64,000 nt of DNA from Octopus vulgaris (GCA_951406725.2 OX597817.1:12276001-12340000), one strand, 5' to 3'; counted from the first letter of the stretch, positions 40,269 to 54,875 are shown. Numbers and translations: made by a program. The notes: a model not told the origin generated them from the sequence alone.

Positions 40269-40799
40269 TAGGGTTAGGGTTAGGGGTGGGGGAATATCTT
40301 TTTATATACATACATACATAAATATAATATGTGTGTGTGTATGTATAAAAGTGGGAATATAATTCCAGATCTTACGGCAAAATTCAATTTAACAATTTTA
40401 AATCAAATTTCACAATGATTATAATATATGTATATAATTTGAAGAAAAACCTCTATTAAACAATTCAATAAAGAAAGATATTTTTCAATACACCAAATAG
40501 AAAATATATACTAAACACATTCTACCAGTATATTCTAAAATCAATAAAGTTACAATAGAAATAGTAAAATGCCGTTAGTAAAAAGTCTACCAAACGTAGT
40601 CTTTTTATTACTGATTTACTTTATTATAGTCCTATGTATTAATTTTCAGGATTTAGTTAAGAGAATAATATTCATTAAGATATTTCGTGTTTTTATTTTA
40701 AGACATATTATTGTATTTTGTTCGATTTTTATTGTAAAATTACGTATTTTTATATATATTTATACGTAATTTATTTAATTATTTTATTGTTTTTATCTT

Positions 40800-40882
40800 G
40801 GACCTGAAGAGTGACTATATTTAAATTGAATTGATTTTACTGTTATCAGTTTGAAAATACAGCCACGAAACACGTGTAGTCT
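40800..40882 (+). ncRNA. Type I hammerhead motif with a long stem II; tail to about 41040 then (TA)n
   Basis: GGAC-CTGAAGA-GTGACTATATTT..AAATACAGCCAC-GAAAC-ACGT-GTA^GTCT, with palindromic ACACGTGT. It lies in a suspect assembly zone. Confidence 0.7.
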
Positions 40883-41110
40883 TTTTGCCAATTATATGGT
40901 ATTTGTTTATTATTTTGTACTTTACTTAATTATTGGTATATGTTTTATCATATATTTAATTTTTTTCTATATGGTATGATTTAATTACATCATTGTTATA
41001 TCATTGTTGAATTGCTACTTGGTGGTTCTTCTCTAATTTATATATATATATATGTGTGTGTGTATATATATGTATATATATATATGTATATATAGGTATA
41101 TATATATATG

Positions 41111-41157
<47 letters not shown>

Positions 41158-41192
41158 ATGTATGTATGTATGTATGTATGTATGTATGTATG

Positions 41193-41223
<31 letters not shown>

Positions 41224-41411
41224 AAAGTGTGACATATATCAAAAACGCAGCTTCATTTTGATGTATGATACATGTTCCTGTATTGGTAATTATACCCGTC
41301 CCTAAACAAAATGGCATTATTTTATGACTCACCCTCATATATATATATATATGTCATATGTATACATATATATATATATATCATATGTATACATATATAT
41401 ATATAATAGCT

Positions 41412-41450
<39 letters not shown>

Positions 41451-42231
41451 CATACATACATATATATATATCGTGATGGCTGTCTGTATTGCCTGGTGTA
41501 TATAGTAAGGAATATAATTCCAGATCTTACAGGGGAAAATTCAATTTAACAATTTTAAATCAAATTTCACAATATATAATATATGTATATAATTTAGAGA
41601 AAAACTTCATATTAAACAATTCAGTGATGAATGTGCGCCGCCCAGAACAGCTCCCACTTCCGTCAGATTTAGACAGCAGATCCAAAAGTGTTGGCCCCAT
41701 AAAAGCACCACGCATCTCCCCTCCCCTAGTTACCCAACTGGCAGATGTAGAACTGTATATAAGCAACATAGCTGAGTTATATTCTGACATACTAATCGCA
41801 AGCTAAGTTATTGTAGTCCTATGTATTAATTTTCAGGATTTAGTTAAGAGAATAATATTCATTAAGATATTTCGTGTTTTTATTTTAAGACATATTATTG
41901 TATTTTGTTCGATTTTTATTGTAAAATTACGTATTTTTAAAAGTCATGACTTTTTACTACGGCAGATCGTTAATGATTATGTCAACCTTCGTCATCATAC
42001 AACCAAACCAATTTAGGTATCTTCCAAGGTGCAGATATACAAAATCATAAAAGATACTGCCACGAAACACGTGTAGTCTTTTTTGCCAATTATATGGTAT
42101 TTGTTTATTATTTTGTACTTTACTTAATTATTGGTATATGTTTTATCATATATTTAATTTTTTTCTATATGGTATGATTTAATTACATCATTGTTATATC
42201 ATTGTTGAATTGCTACTTGGTGGTTCTTCTC

Positions 42232-42336
<105 letters not shown>

Positions 42337-42361
42337 GTGTGTGTGTATGTGTATGTATGTG

Positions 42362-42393
<32 letters not shown>

Positions 42394-42603
42394 TGTATGT
42401 ATGTATGTATGTATAAAGTGTGACATATATCAAAAATGCACCGACGAAACATTTTCATGCCCTTAGATATTTTGTGTGTTTGTTTGTAAACTCATCATAA
42501 ATCTACAAACAAATGCACAAAATATCTAACATTAAATGCCTCCCACCAAATTTTATGCTATTCAAATTTATATTAAATTAATATATATATTCGTCTTTTT
42601 CAG

Positions 42604-42672
42604 CTGTTTCTCGTCTCTACAATATTCGTGCTCATCGTGATGTTACTGACAATGTATTGCCTGGTGTATATG
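42604..42672 (+). CDS. Probable second coding exon (transmembrane segment), with an apparent +1 frameshift
   Basis: Acceptor TCTTTTTCAG and donor TG|GTAAGT. It reads LFLVSTIFVLIVMLL then, after a 1-nt shift, CIAWCI(W), which joins exon 47989 in phase 2. Confidence 0.6.
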
Positions 42673-43861
42673 GTAAGTACTTTATTTTCTTCTAGGTTAA
42701 GTAAATATCTTCTATTATATGGAAAGGTTTTTTCTGCGTTCACCACCCCTTCGATTTGACTTTCAAAGATATTCATTTTACATCATGTACAACTCGTATC
42801 AACAAATATAGATATCAGTGACTGGAATGTGCGCCGCCCAGAGCAGCTCCCACTTCTATCAGATATCTGGGGTACTTAGCATTGATCCAAAGTGTTGGCC
42901 CCATGGGTAAAAGCACGCACGCTCTCCCTCCCCTAGTTACCCACCTGTATCAGGTGTAGAAATGTATATAAGCAACACAACTGAGTTATATTCTGACATA
43001 CTGATCGCAAGCTAAGTTATTTACGTGGACCTCACGAATCTAACCTTCTGGTTACAAATCATAAAAATCTTAGATATGCAACACATTATTGTTTAATAAC
43101 AGTGAAGGGCAGATTGATTCGTAGTAAATAGTTTCATTTTTATCGTCTTCGATTTCAATTTTAAGTCATAACTTTTTACTACGGCCGATCGTTAATGATC
43201 ATGACAACTTCGCGTCATTTTACAACCAAACCAATTTAGGTAACTTTGAAGATGCAGATACAAATTTATGAAAGATATGGCAAGAGCGCTCATTCTCTTC
43301 CCTTCCTTTTTATTTTAAGCGCTGCAAGCTTGCATGTTAAAATTGTATGGATAATACTGTACTACATTCTGGTGCCTTAACTTAAAGTACCATATTCATC
43401 TAACGTTATACTAATACATGTTTGTTGTATACAATATTGCAACATTGCATGGCTTCTTTCAGATTGTTATCTATTATTTCCTGAAGCCCGTGGCTTAACT
43501 TTACAAAGTTGAATAGCCATATATATACACCGTAGTTTAATGAAGAAGAAGAAAATTAGGTTAAGTAAATATGAAGTTAGTTTCTTATACATGGATAGTA
43601 TTATAATCAATTACAAACCCTGTTTCAGTTTTACACAGAGAAATTGTAAGCCCCAAAAATTAGGAATCATATTTCTTATACACGTTCAGCGGGAAAAATA
43701 TGGTGTGATATTGTGTGTGTGTGTGTATCAATAGGTAGATATATACATACATACGTACGTACATACATACGTACGTACATACATGCCTAAGGGTATATTT
43801 TTCCCTCTGAAGAGATTATGCTCAGAAATATAATTTTAATATTTAATTCATTTCTCTGACC

Positions 43862-43897
<36 letters not shown>

Positions 43898-44194
43898 AAA
43901 CTCACATAAACCCTTCACACACGCATACACATACACATACACATACAAAACACACATAAACATTTCACACACGCACACACACAAACATTTCACACACGCA
44001 CACACACAACAGTATATATTTACAAAATTTGAAGACAAAATATATTAGTATACGGAATTATATACATACATACATATAGACACCAATACATATAGACAAA
44101 CATAAACACACACTGAGCAAACATGAATGTGAGTAGACAGACATACACACCTCCACGCAGTGATGTGTAAGTATCTCATTTATTTCTTTTGCCA

Positions 44195-44253
44195 CATGTA
44201 TCACTGACGAAGGGAGGGCTGTTATGAGCTAACCCTGAAATCGGTCCTATATG
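44195..44253 (+). ncRNA. Decayed hammerhead motif (core intact, stem I disrupted); tail to about 44403 then (TA)n
   Basis: CTGACGA-AGGG...CCCT-GAAAT-CG-GTC. Confidence 0.55.
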
Positions 44254-44399
44254 GTAATAATGGAATATTTAGAAATTTCTGTCGACCTTTTTTTCGAGTA
44301 GCGTGCGTATTGTGTAAACATTATATGGTTAATGGACAATATGTCCAATTTTTCGGCATAGTTGGCATTAGACATTTTTTCGTTTGCTCTTATTTATGA

Positions 44400-44447
<48 letters not shown>

Positions 44448-44699
44448 CGGTATGATAAATGAAATAAGTAAAATAAAGGGAGATAAAGAAATAAAGGGGC
44501 ATTTCCACAGCAACACACGATCATCCTTGTTGCTTATTTTGCATTTTAACACACATGCCTACTTTACATACATTGTATGGATACATACAGTACATACATA
44601 CTGGTACATACTTACATACCATATTCATACATACACGTTATACATACATACATGTTTGTTGTCTACATACCACCTGTCATTCGTACATTTTTGTTTTTT

Positions 44700-44742
44700 G
44701 CATACATACATACATACATACATACATACATTCATACATACA

Positions 44743-44775
<33 letters not shown>

Positions 44776-44914
44776 GCATACATACATACATACATACATG
44801 CATACATACATACATACATGCCTACATACATACATACATATATGCATACATACATACATGCATACATACATACATACATATATGCATACATACATACATA
44901 CATACATACATACA

Positions 44915-44947
<33 letters not shown>

Positions 44948-44974
44948 GCATACATACATACATACATACATACA

Positions 44975-45007
<33 letters not shown>

Positions 45008-45014
45008 GCATACA

Positions 45015-45047
<33 letters not shown>

Positions 45048-45098
45048 GCATACATACATACATACATACATACATACATACATACATACATACATACA

Positions 45099-45131
<33 letters not shown>

Positions 45132-45266
45132 GCATACATACATACATACATACATACATAAATGCATACATACATACATACATACATACATACATACATA
45201 CATACATACATACATACATACATACATACATACATACATACATACATACATACATACATACATACA

Positions 45267-45299
<33 letters not shown>

Positions 45300-45393
45300 G
45301 CATACATACATACATACATACATACATACATACATAATATATACATACATACATACATACATACATACATACATACATACATACATACATACA

Positions 45394-45427
<34 letters not shown>

Positions 45428-45507
45428 CATACATACATACATACATACATACATACATGAGCATACATACATATGTGAGTACATACATACATACATACAT
45501 ACATACA

Positions 45508-45540
<33 letters not shown>

Positions 45541-45626
45541 GCATACATACATACATACATACATACATACATGCATACATACATACATATATGCATACAT
45601 ACATACATGCATACATACATACATAC
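44700..45626. repeat. (CATA)n microsatellite with CATATG variants
   Basis: Directly visible. Confidence 0.97.
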
Positions 45627-45976
45627 AAGGTGAGATATCGGAGGGTTTGTAAGATAGGCCATTAGAGGAAAGGGTTTCCCGGTTTCCTTGGCGTATAGGT
45701 TCCCCACCTGGACGGGACGCCGGTCCGTCGCAGGTGAGCTACAAGATGCGGGGAGGAAAAAGTGAGAGAGAGAAAGTTGTGGCGAAAGAGTCAGCAGAAG
45801 TTTCGCCATTACCTTCTGCCGGAGCCGAGTGGGGCTTAGGTGTTTCGCTCATAGACACACATATCGCCCGGTCTGACATTCGAACCCGCGATCCCTCGAC
45901 CGCGAGTCCGCTACTCTAACCACTAGGTCATGTGGCTCCACACATACATTCATACATACATACATACATACATACA

Positions 45977-46008
<32 letters not shown>

Positions 46009-46009
46009 A

Positions 46010-46575
46010 GAGTACTGGTGAAATGTCCCAGAGAAAACCTCAATAAAATGTACACACAACAGACTGTATATAATTATTTGGAATAGAGAAGAGAAACTAT
46101 GTACAGTTATGGAAATCAGCTGAAGATCAGTGGAAAATAGAACCCCTACGCTGAACTACTGAGAAAGCTGCAGTTATTCTAACCAGATTGCAAGTTCAGG
46201 TTTGTACCTGTAATTACTGGGACACTGTGATATGTAACACACTGCCAAAATACCAATCTTGAGAAATTAGGCTTCTCAAGCCCAGAAAGGAAGAGGCTGA
46301 TTCAAACACTACTAATCCAACTTAGCCTGGAACTGTAAAAATCTGTAAAACTTTTCAGAAGTTTATCATTTTAATATATGTGACCATATCTAGATATGCG
46401 AGTATATGTATGAGAAGACATACATAAAACAAAACATAAATATCTGCACGTATACATACATATATACATTCAAAAATATCCTGTTGATGTTGAAATTCAA
46501 ATGAAGGAGCCCTGGATCTAGGTTAGAAACCGGTTTTCTCTATTGGTAAGAAATCTTGAAATAAAACTGAATAAT
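46010..46575 (+). mobile_element. R4/Dong-like LINE 3' end within (CATA)n
   Basis: ELLRKLQL..FVPVITGTL..NLEKLGFS..GTVKICKTF is homologous to 59600-60000. Confidence 0.75.
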
Positions 46576-46719
46576 GACACATACATGCATATATGTACAG
46601 TACATGCATACATGCATGCACTAACAAACATACACAGATTAATATATACATGCAAATATACACTCACACACATATAATAGATACATACATACATGCGCTC
46701 ACGCGCATGCAAGCACTAA

Positions 46720-47800
46720 TCTCTCGCCTTAAATATCTACAACTCTATGATCCCTCTCTCAGACGGAACCAAAACAGCTTTCGCAAAAGCAGATCAACAC
46801 TACCACAGATCCTTGTCTTTAGAAAAATTACAGAGGAGTTTACAATCTCCAAGCAAAAGCCATCAGTCGTATTTGTGCATTTTACCAGGGTATTTGTAAA
46901 TATCAACAAAATGTCTTGGTTACTTATTCTCATGAACTACTATATTCCAGACGAGAAAGTCATCACCGTCGTGTATGAAAATCCGTCAAAGTACTGATGG
47001 TCCAACAAAACAGTTTCCAACAACAACAGAAATCAGTCATGGGGTCAGCCTATCTCATTTTCTCTTTGTGAGTGTGGTGGACTACATCTTTAGAGAAAGT
47101 CTTGTCCCCATCGTAGACAAGGCCTCACAATCAAGCAGAATCAATTAAGACACAAGAAGAGCCTGCATCTCTCTAATCTTGACCATGCTGATGATCGTGC
47201 CTTCACAACTCATCAAAAGTATAATGTGCAAGATGTAAACATCCCACGAGAACTCTGCAACTAAAGTTGACCTGTTTCTCAATGTAAAGACTGAATACAG
47301 GACCACCAACGAGGAGAAAAGCTACCCGCCAATTTACTTCAACGACAGCACATGACTAAAAAGAGTTAATGGCTTTAAGTACTTTGGATCATACGTTGCT
47401 GATAGTAAAAAAAAAGACTCCCTTACATATAAAGGACATGGCTAGAGTGCCTGTAACAAGCTTCAAAATATCCAGTAATTAAGCGTTTCAAAGTCAACAA
47501 TGTCTGCCTTCTTCAGGGTATGAGTAGAGAGCATTGCTCTCAATGGAGCCGAAATCTGGGTATGAAGGAGCTTCAAGATCGCATTGATGGTACACCAGGC
47601 GCTTCTCATGGAACCTCAAAAGCACCTCATGGTGCGAGCATAAGACCAAAGTCCTCTTATGGATACATTTCAATCAGCTCTACTACGAAGGCTAGGCCTT
47701 GCTAGTCGCGGCTATAGTACTGAACGACAGGCCATATCAGATATCATATTTCGTGTATTGATGTTATAGACAACTGTATTGATGTTATAGGCAAAAGGAC
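46720..47800 (+). mobile_element. Decayed RTE-like reverse transcriptase
   Basis: RRNQNSFRKSRSTLPQILVFRKITEEF..VVFVHFTRVF, LSHFLFVSVVDYI, LDHADD and FKYFGSY. Confidence 0.8.
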
Positions 47801-47988
47801 ACGACAGGCAAATAAGGATCTGCCAAAGCTAATAGGAGTTAGAGATTCCTGATGCTGCATTATGAAGTGCATCATGTTTGCGGCCGTTCGTAAAAAAATT
47901 AGAACTGTAATTTGTTTTAGCCGTCATGACTCTGGTGATACTGAATGACAGAACTTATATTTTTCTTTCGTTTATTTTCTTGCTTTAG

Positions 47989-48104
47989 GAAATACAAATC
48001 GAAGTACCAGAGACGCAAAGATGGATATTCGTCAATAGACGACCAAGTACCGCTCCCTGAAAAGTTGTTGATAGACCAACAGAAACAAGAAAAATCTATA
48101 AAAG
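47989..48104 (+). CDS. Slob: Slob-like gene exon (KYKSKYQRRKDGYSSIDDQVPLPEKLLIDQQKQEKSIK)
   Basis: Long polypyrimidine tract with TTTAG acceptor and AAG|GTAAGA donor. Only one frame is open, and its phase 1 end matches the next exon. Confidence 0.8.
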
Positions 48105-48296
48105 GTAAGACTCAATAGAGACCATTTTAAAGTCAACAAAAACAACTAAGTGAAATTAGTTCCAACAGACTTATTGCAGGGAGTGTTAAAAATACGAGCA
48201 GGAAATAATATAGCAACATTAATGAATAACATTATTTCAATTTTTTTTCGGTAATTAAAAGAAATAACTCCAGAGATATTCCAGTTATATTATATA

Positions 48297-48689
48297 CTAG
48301 CAGTATCGCCTGACGTTGCTCGGGTTTGTTTTGACCTTTTAGAATTGGAATTTTTGAAAAGTAAAAATTTTGCATTATGTAGCTTGTTATTCTCTTTAAG
48401 TGAACATTTTTCTGGTTGAAATACACCGAAAAATGGCGACACAGCAGTAAAATAATCGTAAAAAATAAGGATTTTCATAGAAAAAAAAGCACCTTTTTGA
48501 TGTAAATAATTTTTGGTGTTAACATGGTCCGATTTGAATTTTTTCTTCTACGGAAGGAAGAGCAAGTCTTCTTCTATCATACTTTTAATTTTGGTCAACT
48601 TGCACCCCAGGGTATCGGAAGCGATAGTGTTAGTTGAAGGCTACCAAACCTGCCATACACAGACAACTTCAGCTTTATATATATTGAGA
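48297..48689 (-). mobile_element. Non-autonomous Helitron, second copy
   Basis: Reverse complement of 15316-15703, with TC and CTAG ends. Confidence 0.85.
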
Positions 48690-49344
48690 TTAAGCGATAA
48701 TTACCGAAATAGCGACGAATGAATCCCTGAGTACAATTATAATAGTTTACATTGGTTGGTGTAGAAAAGTAGAATTGTTCCAAGTTTATGCTTCACTAAA
48801 CTCCTTAATAACTTTCCTTACCTCAACACATTTCTTCATTCTGATGCGAGCGAAGATCACTGAAAAATCAAAGGAAAGTTTGGAACAATAATACTACGCA
48901 TATCATAATATATATATTTTTTACACAAGGAGTTTCATTTTTAGAAAGCATTGACTGATTTCTGTAATTTGTGTAAAAACAATCTTAAAGAAACAGAAGT
49001 AAAATTAATGAAAAATAGTATAGAAGGGTTAATATTTGTCAATACTTGGACGACGAACTGCCAGAATCGTTAGCAAGCCGTACGAAATGCTTGGTGAGGC
49101 CTTCAGATTTGGAATCCTTTGATCATGGGTCTGGTGATTAAGGCTGATCCAGAGCTAAGAAAAACGGCCTGGATGTAAAATTTACACGACTTTCACGTTT
49201 ATTTATCCACTGATAAAGAGATCCTAAACAAGCCATGATTATCCCTTCCTTCTCAGTCCCAAAAACAGAAATCAGAAAACTTTAGTTGCCACGACTGGGT
49301 TTATTACGGATTTTATTTCTTTCTTTCTTTACTTTTTTTTTCAG

Positions 49345-49422
49345 AACGTACTTTAATGGCCTGCCAATACTATCTTCGCAATGTGAACCATTATAGTGAT
49401 GTCCAACAGCTTGATGATATAG
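49345..49422 (+). CDS. Slob: Slob-like gene exon (ERTLMACQYYLRNVNHYSDVQQLDDI)
   Basis: Acceptor TTTTTTCAG, donor AG|GTACGT, phase 1 to 1. It resembles the start of the PXK/Slob kinase-like domain (L.DIG.R..K.(W/Y)FL). Confidence 0.88.
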
Positions 49423-49571
49423 GTACGTTTCAACGGTAAACAAATTCTAGTTCATACGAAGACGGGTGGTGATACCTGACACATCATGTGAGTAAAACAC
49501 GCCACTTTAACCTTTGGAGACATTTAACCGAGTTTCAATTTGTTGAAAGCGTTCATCTACCTTCATATCAA

Positions 49572-49900
49572 GGCGCATGGCTCAGTGATTAGAGCGTCAA
49601 GCTTACGATCGTGAGGTTGTGAGTTCGATTCCCGGATCGGGCTGCGTGTTGTGTTCTTGAGCAAGACATTTTATTTCACGCTGCTCCAGTTCGCTCAGCT
49701 GTAGAAATGGGCTGCGACGTCACTGGTGCCAAGCTGTATCGACCTTTGCTTTTCCATTGGATAACATCGGTGGCGTGGAGAGAGGAGGCTGGTATGCATG
49801 GGCGACTGCTGACCGTCCACAAACAACCTTGCCCAGATTTGTGCCTCGGGGAGTAAATTTCTAGATGTAATTCCATGGTCATTCATGACTAAAGGGGATC
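49572..49900 (+). mobile_element. tRNA-derived SINE
   Basis: Head GGCGCATGGCTCAGTGATTAGAGCG...GAGTTCGATTCCC followed by TCTTGAGCAAGAC. Confidence 0.8.
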
Positions 49901-50386
49901 ACAACACCCTTCATATCAACGCTTTTCTACTACTATTGATTAGCAAATGTTCATTCGGGCAGAACTATTAACACATCGGACAAAGTGCTTAGCGGTATTT
50001 CTTTTGGCTTTACGTTCAGAGTTCAAATGCCGTGGAGGTGAACTTTACTTTCATCCTTTCGGGATAAGTAACCGTTAAGCACGGAAATCGATGAAATCGA
50101 CTAGCCCCACCCACGAAATTTCAGATCTTGTACTTGTAGTAGAAAGTATTATTTATATAAGAGAGTTTGACTGTTGTGTTTTACCATATGTCCCAACTTA
50201 TTCCTTGTCTGAATGAGCCCAGAACATAGATCGAAATATTTTAAGTGACTCTGAATATTTTTTTCTATGATTGAAAATATGTATTTTCACTCCGCATTCC
50301 AAATTGAGTTCTTAACAGGTAATGCTTCATTTGGTGTTAACATTTTAATATACTCATGCAAGTTAGACATTTACACATTAAGCTAC

Positions 50387-50417
<31 letters not shown>

Positions 50418-50594
50418 TGTATGTATGTATGTATGTATGTATGTATGTATGTATGTATGTATGTATGTATGTATGTATGTATGTATGTATGTATGTATAA
50501 GCATGAATATATGTGAATATATATATATATATGTAAATTTTTTTCGTAATGAGATAAAAAAACCAAGGCTGGGTAGATTTTTTATATATGTATG

Positions 50595-50629
<35 letters not shown>

Positions 50630-50666
50630 TTATGTATGTATAAGACACCAAAGTGTACGTATGCCG

Positions 50667-50705
<39 letters not shown>

Positions 50706-51022
50706 CTTTCATCCTCTCGGGGTCGATAAATTAAGTACCAGTTACGCACTGGGGTCGGTGTAATCGACTTAATCCGTTTGTCTGTACTTGTTTGTCCCCT
50801 CTGTGTTTAGCCCCTTGTGGGTAATAAAGAAACATATATATATATATGTACAAAATGGGACAAGAACGTAAAACATCCGGACAGTTAGTTGATACAAAAA
50901 TGAGACAACAAAACAATATATATATATATATATACACACAAATATTTGAATATTTACCTATATATACAGAGAGATATATATACAGAGATATATATATATA
51001 CATACATACATACATACATACA

Positions 51023-51054
<32 letters not shown>

Positions 51055-51652
51055 CACACACATACATACGTGCATACATACATACATACATACATACATA
51101 CATACATACATACATACATACATACATACATACATACATACATACATACATACATACATACATACATACATACATACATACATAAGAATGTGTGTCGTTT
51201 GCCAGCTGGAAGGGATGTCTTCCTGGGCCTAAAAACAACAGTAACACTGTCCTCTATAGGATCACCACATTTAGTTGGCAAATATATTTTACGATTCCGT
51301 ACTGTTACTGTTGATCACTCGCTCAGAGATTTAATATAACTTACCTCTCTCTTTACGAGATAAGCGACAGTGGGTCGTTAGAAAATGGATATAGTATTTT
51401 GCTAGTAGAATGAGTTTTTCATCACTAGCCAGTGATTAACATACACTGAAGACGAATAGCCACTCAGAAAGCCAGGTCTGTGTGTTTCATGTAAGACTAG
51501 AGATGAGAGCGATGACCTCCCTCCCAAATACTAATCGGACACAGAATGTGTGTCGTTGGCCAGCTGTAAAAGGTGTATTCCTGGTGCTAAAAACGATAAT
51601 AACACCGTCCTTTATACAACCGCCACATTCAGTCGGCAAATATATGTTTTTA

Positions 51653-51703
<51 letters not shown>

Positions 51704-51732
51704 GAGAAAAAAGCAACAAGAATGGATTAGTT

Positions 51733-51823
51733 TTTTAGTACAATTGTTTCATACAAAGACAGGCTTTATTAAAAGCTTCAAATATTGCAGCAAATACAAG
51801 TGTCCCGTACTCATCAGCTAAAA
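51733..51823 (-). ncRNA. Type I hammerhead motif; 30-nt tail then (TA)n
   Basis: Minus strand reads TTTTAG-CTGATGA-GTACGGGACA..TGTCTTTGTAT-GAAAC-AATT-GTA^CTAAAA. Confidence 0.8.
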
Positions 51824-52947
51824 CACATATGAGTTCTCCAAACATCTTAGTGGGTGAGGCTACACTCATGAAGTAACGGAGATAATTTTATAAAAAGCAA
51901 ATTCAGGTTGTAAGCGGACTTCCAAAGTTCTTTAATGATGATGCACAGTCTTATCACAGGTTTTAAAAAGCTTATTAGCTTCACAGAGAAGATGAATCAA
52001 TCCATAATGTAGGTGCAAATTTCCAGAGATATGAGGAGATATTTCATACTCACAGACGATGAATCTATCCATGATTAATCCACAATGAGGTGGGTATAAT
52101 TTCATGCTATATGATAAGATACTTGTCACACTACTGTTCCCTTCACAAAACTGCTATGTTAGAATTTCTAAAAGCTGAAGGAATTTTGTGGAGCAAAAAA
52201 AAGAAAAGAAAAGAAAAGAAAAGAAAAAAAGAAAAGAAAGAAAGAAAAAAGAAAAGAAAAAAAGAAAAGAAAGAAAGAAAAAGAAAAAGAAGAGGAGGAA
52301 AAAATAAAAAACGCCCACAATATGTATATATTTATATATATGCATACATATATATCAGGCACGTGCCGTTAGTAATTATTCAGGGTAGGCAGTTAGTGAC
52401 CTTCATATAGTAAACTATCATCAAAAGATTTGTCAAAAGATATAAGGATAAAAATATATAAAGATAGTCACTATCCATTGTTGGAGAGGCGAAAAAACGG
52501 AAATAAATGGAAGCTGAAGGAAAACACACACACACACACACAAAAAAAAGAAAGCGAAACACAGGCGCGCGACTGAGTTGACGGCAAATTTACTTCTGCC
52601 TCTATAGCATGTAAAGAAAACGGTATTGTAGGAGTGTACATAGCACATGCACTACAGCATTACTATGCGTAGCTTAAATACTGAGATTGAAAAGCAGGGG
52701 AGAATCTGCCTACCTAATTTACAGAAAATAAGACATTTGCATTTTATTGAATTAGGTGCATATTTTGCCATGAAAGGAAAATGTTGCTATTAATCTATTT
52801 TATTCAAGGTAGGCACTGCCTACCTTGACTACTTAGGTGGCACATCCCTGGTATGTTTATTTATGTACACACACCTATTTATATATATTTATGCATATTT
52901 AAGCAACAATAAATCTCTGAGCGAGGTATAAACTGTAGCTGCAGGAC

Positions 52948-53035
52948 ATCGTGAAGTATATTTGCCACTTAAATGTGGCTAAAAGTAGCATCTACCCTTA
53001 AGGGTTAGCCACATTTAAGTGGCAAATATACTTCA

Positions 53036-53039
<4 letters not shown>
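52948..53039. repeat. Short fold-back (35-bp arms) ending at (TA)n; a related longer copy lies at 21628-21815
   Basis: ATCGTGAAGTATATTTGCCACTTAAATGTGGCTAA and its exact reverse complement. Confidence 0.9.
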
Positions 53040-53070
<31 letters not shown>

Positions 53071-53247
53071 GAAGTAAAGAACAGAAGAAAAAAGTACTAA
53101 AGAGATGTTATAGACTATAATTACTTTTAATTGGTTTAAGTCATAAAACTATTATCCATGTGTGTCCATTGTGGCTACCGTATGACAAAGAATCTTTACA
53201 CAGGGAAACTAAGAAACAAATATCAGATTTATATCTTCAACCAATTC

Positions 53248-53279
<32 letters not shown>

Positions 53280-53458
53280 TGGGGGATGTGTGAGAAAGTG
53301 TTTATGGTGTATTTATGAATAAATTTACGACCGTGTGAATATGTTTGTCTATGAGTAAATATGTTCTATGGACTGCATAAACATATGGACCTGTGAATGT
53401 CTTTGTATCGTTTATAAGAAACTCTTCCTAAAATATTTATTATTATTCGTTATACTAG

Positions 53459-53610
53459 GTCGACGCGAGGAAAAATATTGGTTCTTAGTCCACGATAGTT
53501 TGCTTGGGCGCAAAACACTGCTGTCAGCGATAAGGTATGACCCAAAGATGTCACTACCGTTTTCTCAGGAAAGCCAAGCCGATTTGCGGATATTTGATCA
53601 ATATATAAAG
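53459..53610 (+). CDS. Slob: Slob-like gene exon (GRREEKYWFLVHDSLLGRKTLLSAIRYDPKMSLPFSQESQADLRIFDQYIK)
   Basis: CTAG acceptor, AAG|GTAAGT donor, phase 1 to 0. Confidence 0.88.
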
Positions 53611-53859
53611 GTAAGTTTTTAACTAATCTTCTGATCCACTATGCTTGTGTAGAGGCGGGGGTAATTATACAGTTAATTGTCTAAGCTAAGTCTATATTCC
53701 GTAGAAGTTTAGCTTCAAATTCCAGTAAACTAAAAAACTCTCCTACCTGTGGTGGGGAGTTTTTGCTTATATTTGACATGACATTACGCAGATTTATTTT
53801 TCGATGTATAAAGACACATATAGAATACAAAATACCCATTATATGTCATGCAATTTAAA

Positions 53860-53920
<61 letters not shown>

Positions 53921-54295
53921 GTTTGTACGTGTGTACGTGCGTGAGTGTGCGTGTGTGAAAACGCGTGGCCTAGTGATTAGGTTGTTGCACTCATGATCGC
54001 TAGATCGTGGGTTCGATTCCCAGACTGTGTGGTGCTTTATGTTCTTGAACAAAACACTTCATTTCATGTTGCTCTAGACCCCCTTTCGATTAAGGGGGAA
54101 TATTGGCCGAGCAAGTGGAGTGGCGTCATTCGAAGGCTAAAACGATGTACACAGAACATAATGACAAACGAAATGCCGTTAAGTATTTTACCCGCGTATG
54201 AACAATTCTGCTAGATGGCCGCCTTGAGCCCGGATAATATGTTGAAATGTGCAAATGGTTAAAACACATTTTAAGTAATGTGGAAATTACTGACA

Positions 54296-54602
54296 TAGGC
54301 GCAGGAGTGGCTGTGTGGTAAGTATCTTGCTTACCAACCTCATGGTTCCGGGTTCAGTCCCACTGAACTGCGTGGCACCTTGGACAAGTGTCTTCTACTA
54401 TAGCCTCGGGCCGACCAAAGCCTTGTGAGTGGATTTGTTAGACAGAAACTGAAAGAAGCCCGTCGTATATATATATATATATATATATAAGAAAATAAAA
54501 ACGGAAAATACGCACACTTACATGGTTATTGTATAATTTTTAATGTATCGACCGGTTTCGCAATCGCTATTCATGATACAATGTTTAATTTATATGAAAA
54601 TA

Positions 54603-54673
<71 letters not shown>

Positions 54674-54875
54674 TTCTGTGTCTGTGTTTGTCTCCCCAAC
54701 ATCACTTGACAACCGATGCTGGTGTGTTTACGTCCCCGTAACTTAGCGGTTCGGCAAAAGAGACCGATAGAATAAGTACTAGGCTTACAAAGAATAAGTC
54801 CTGGGGTCGATTTGCTCGACTAAAGGCGGTGCTCCAGCATGGCCGCAGTCAAATGACTGAAACGAGTAAAAGAGT
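54296..54875 (+). mobile_element. Group A SINE whose internal (TA)n carries a nested hammerhead-type insert (54490-54610, minus)
   Basis: Minus 54544-54580 reads TGTATC-ATGAATA-GC(GATT)GC-GAAAC-CG-GTC^GATACA. Stem I is perfect, but the core has two substitutions. Confidence 0.8.

Noticed and set aside
43803-43840. CTGAAGA...GAAAT motif
   Set aside because: No stem I pairing can be formed.
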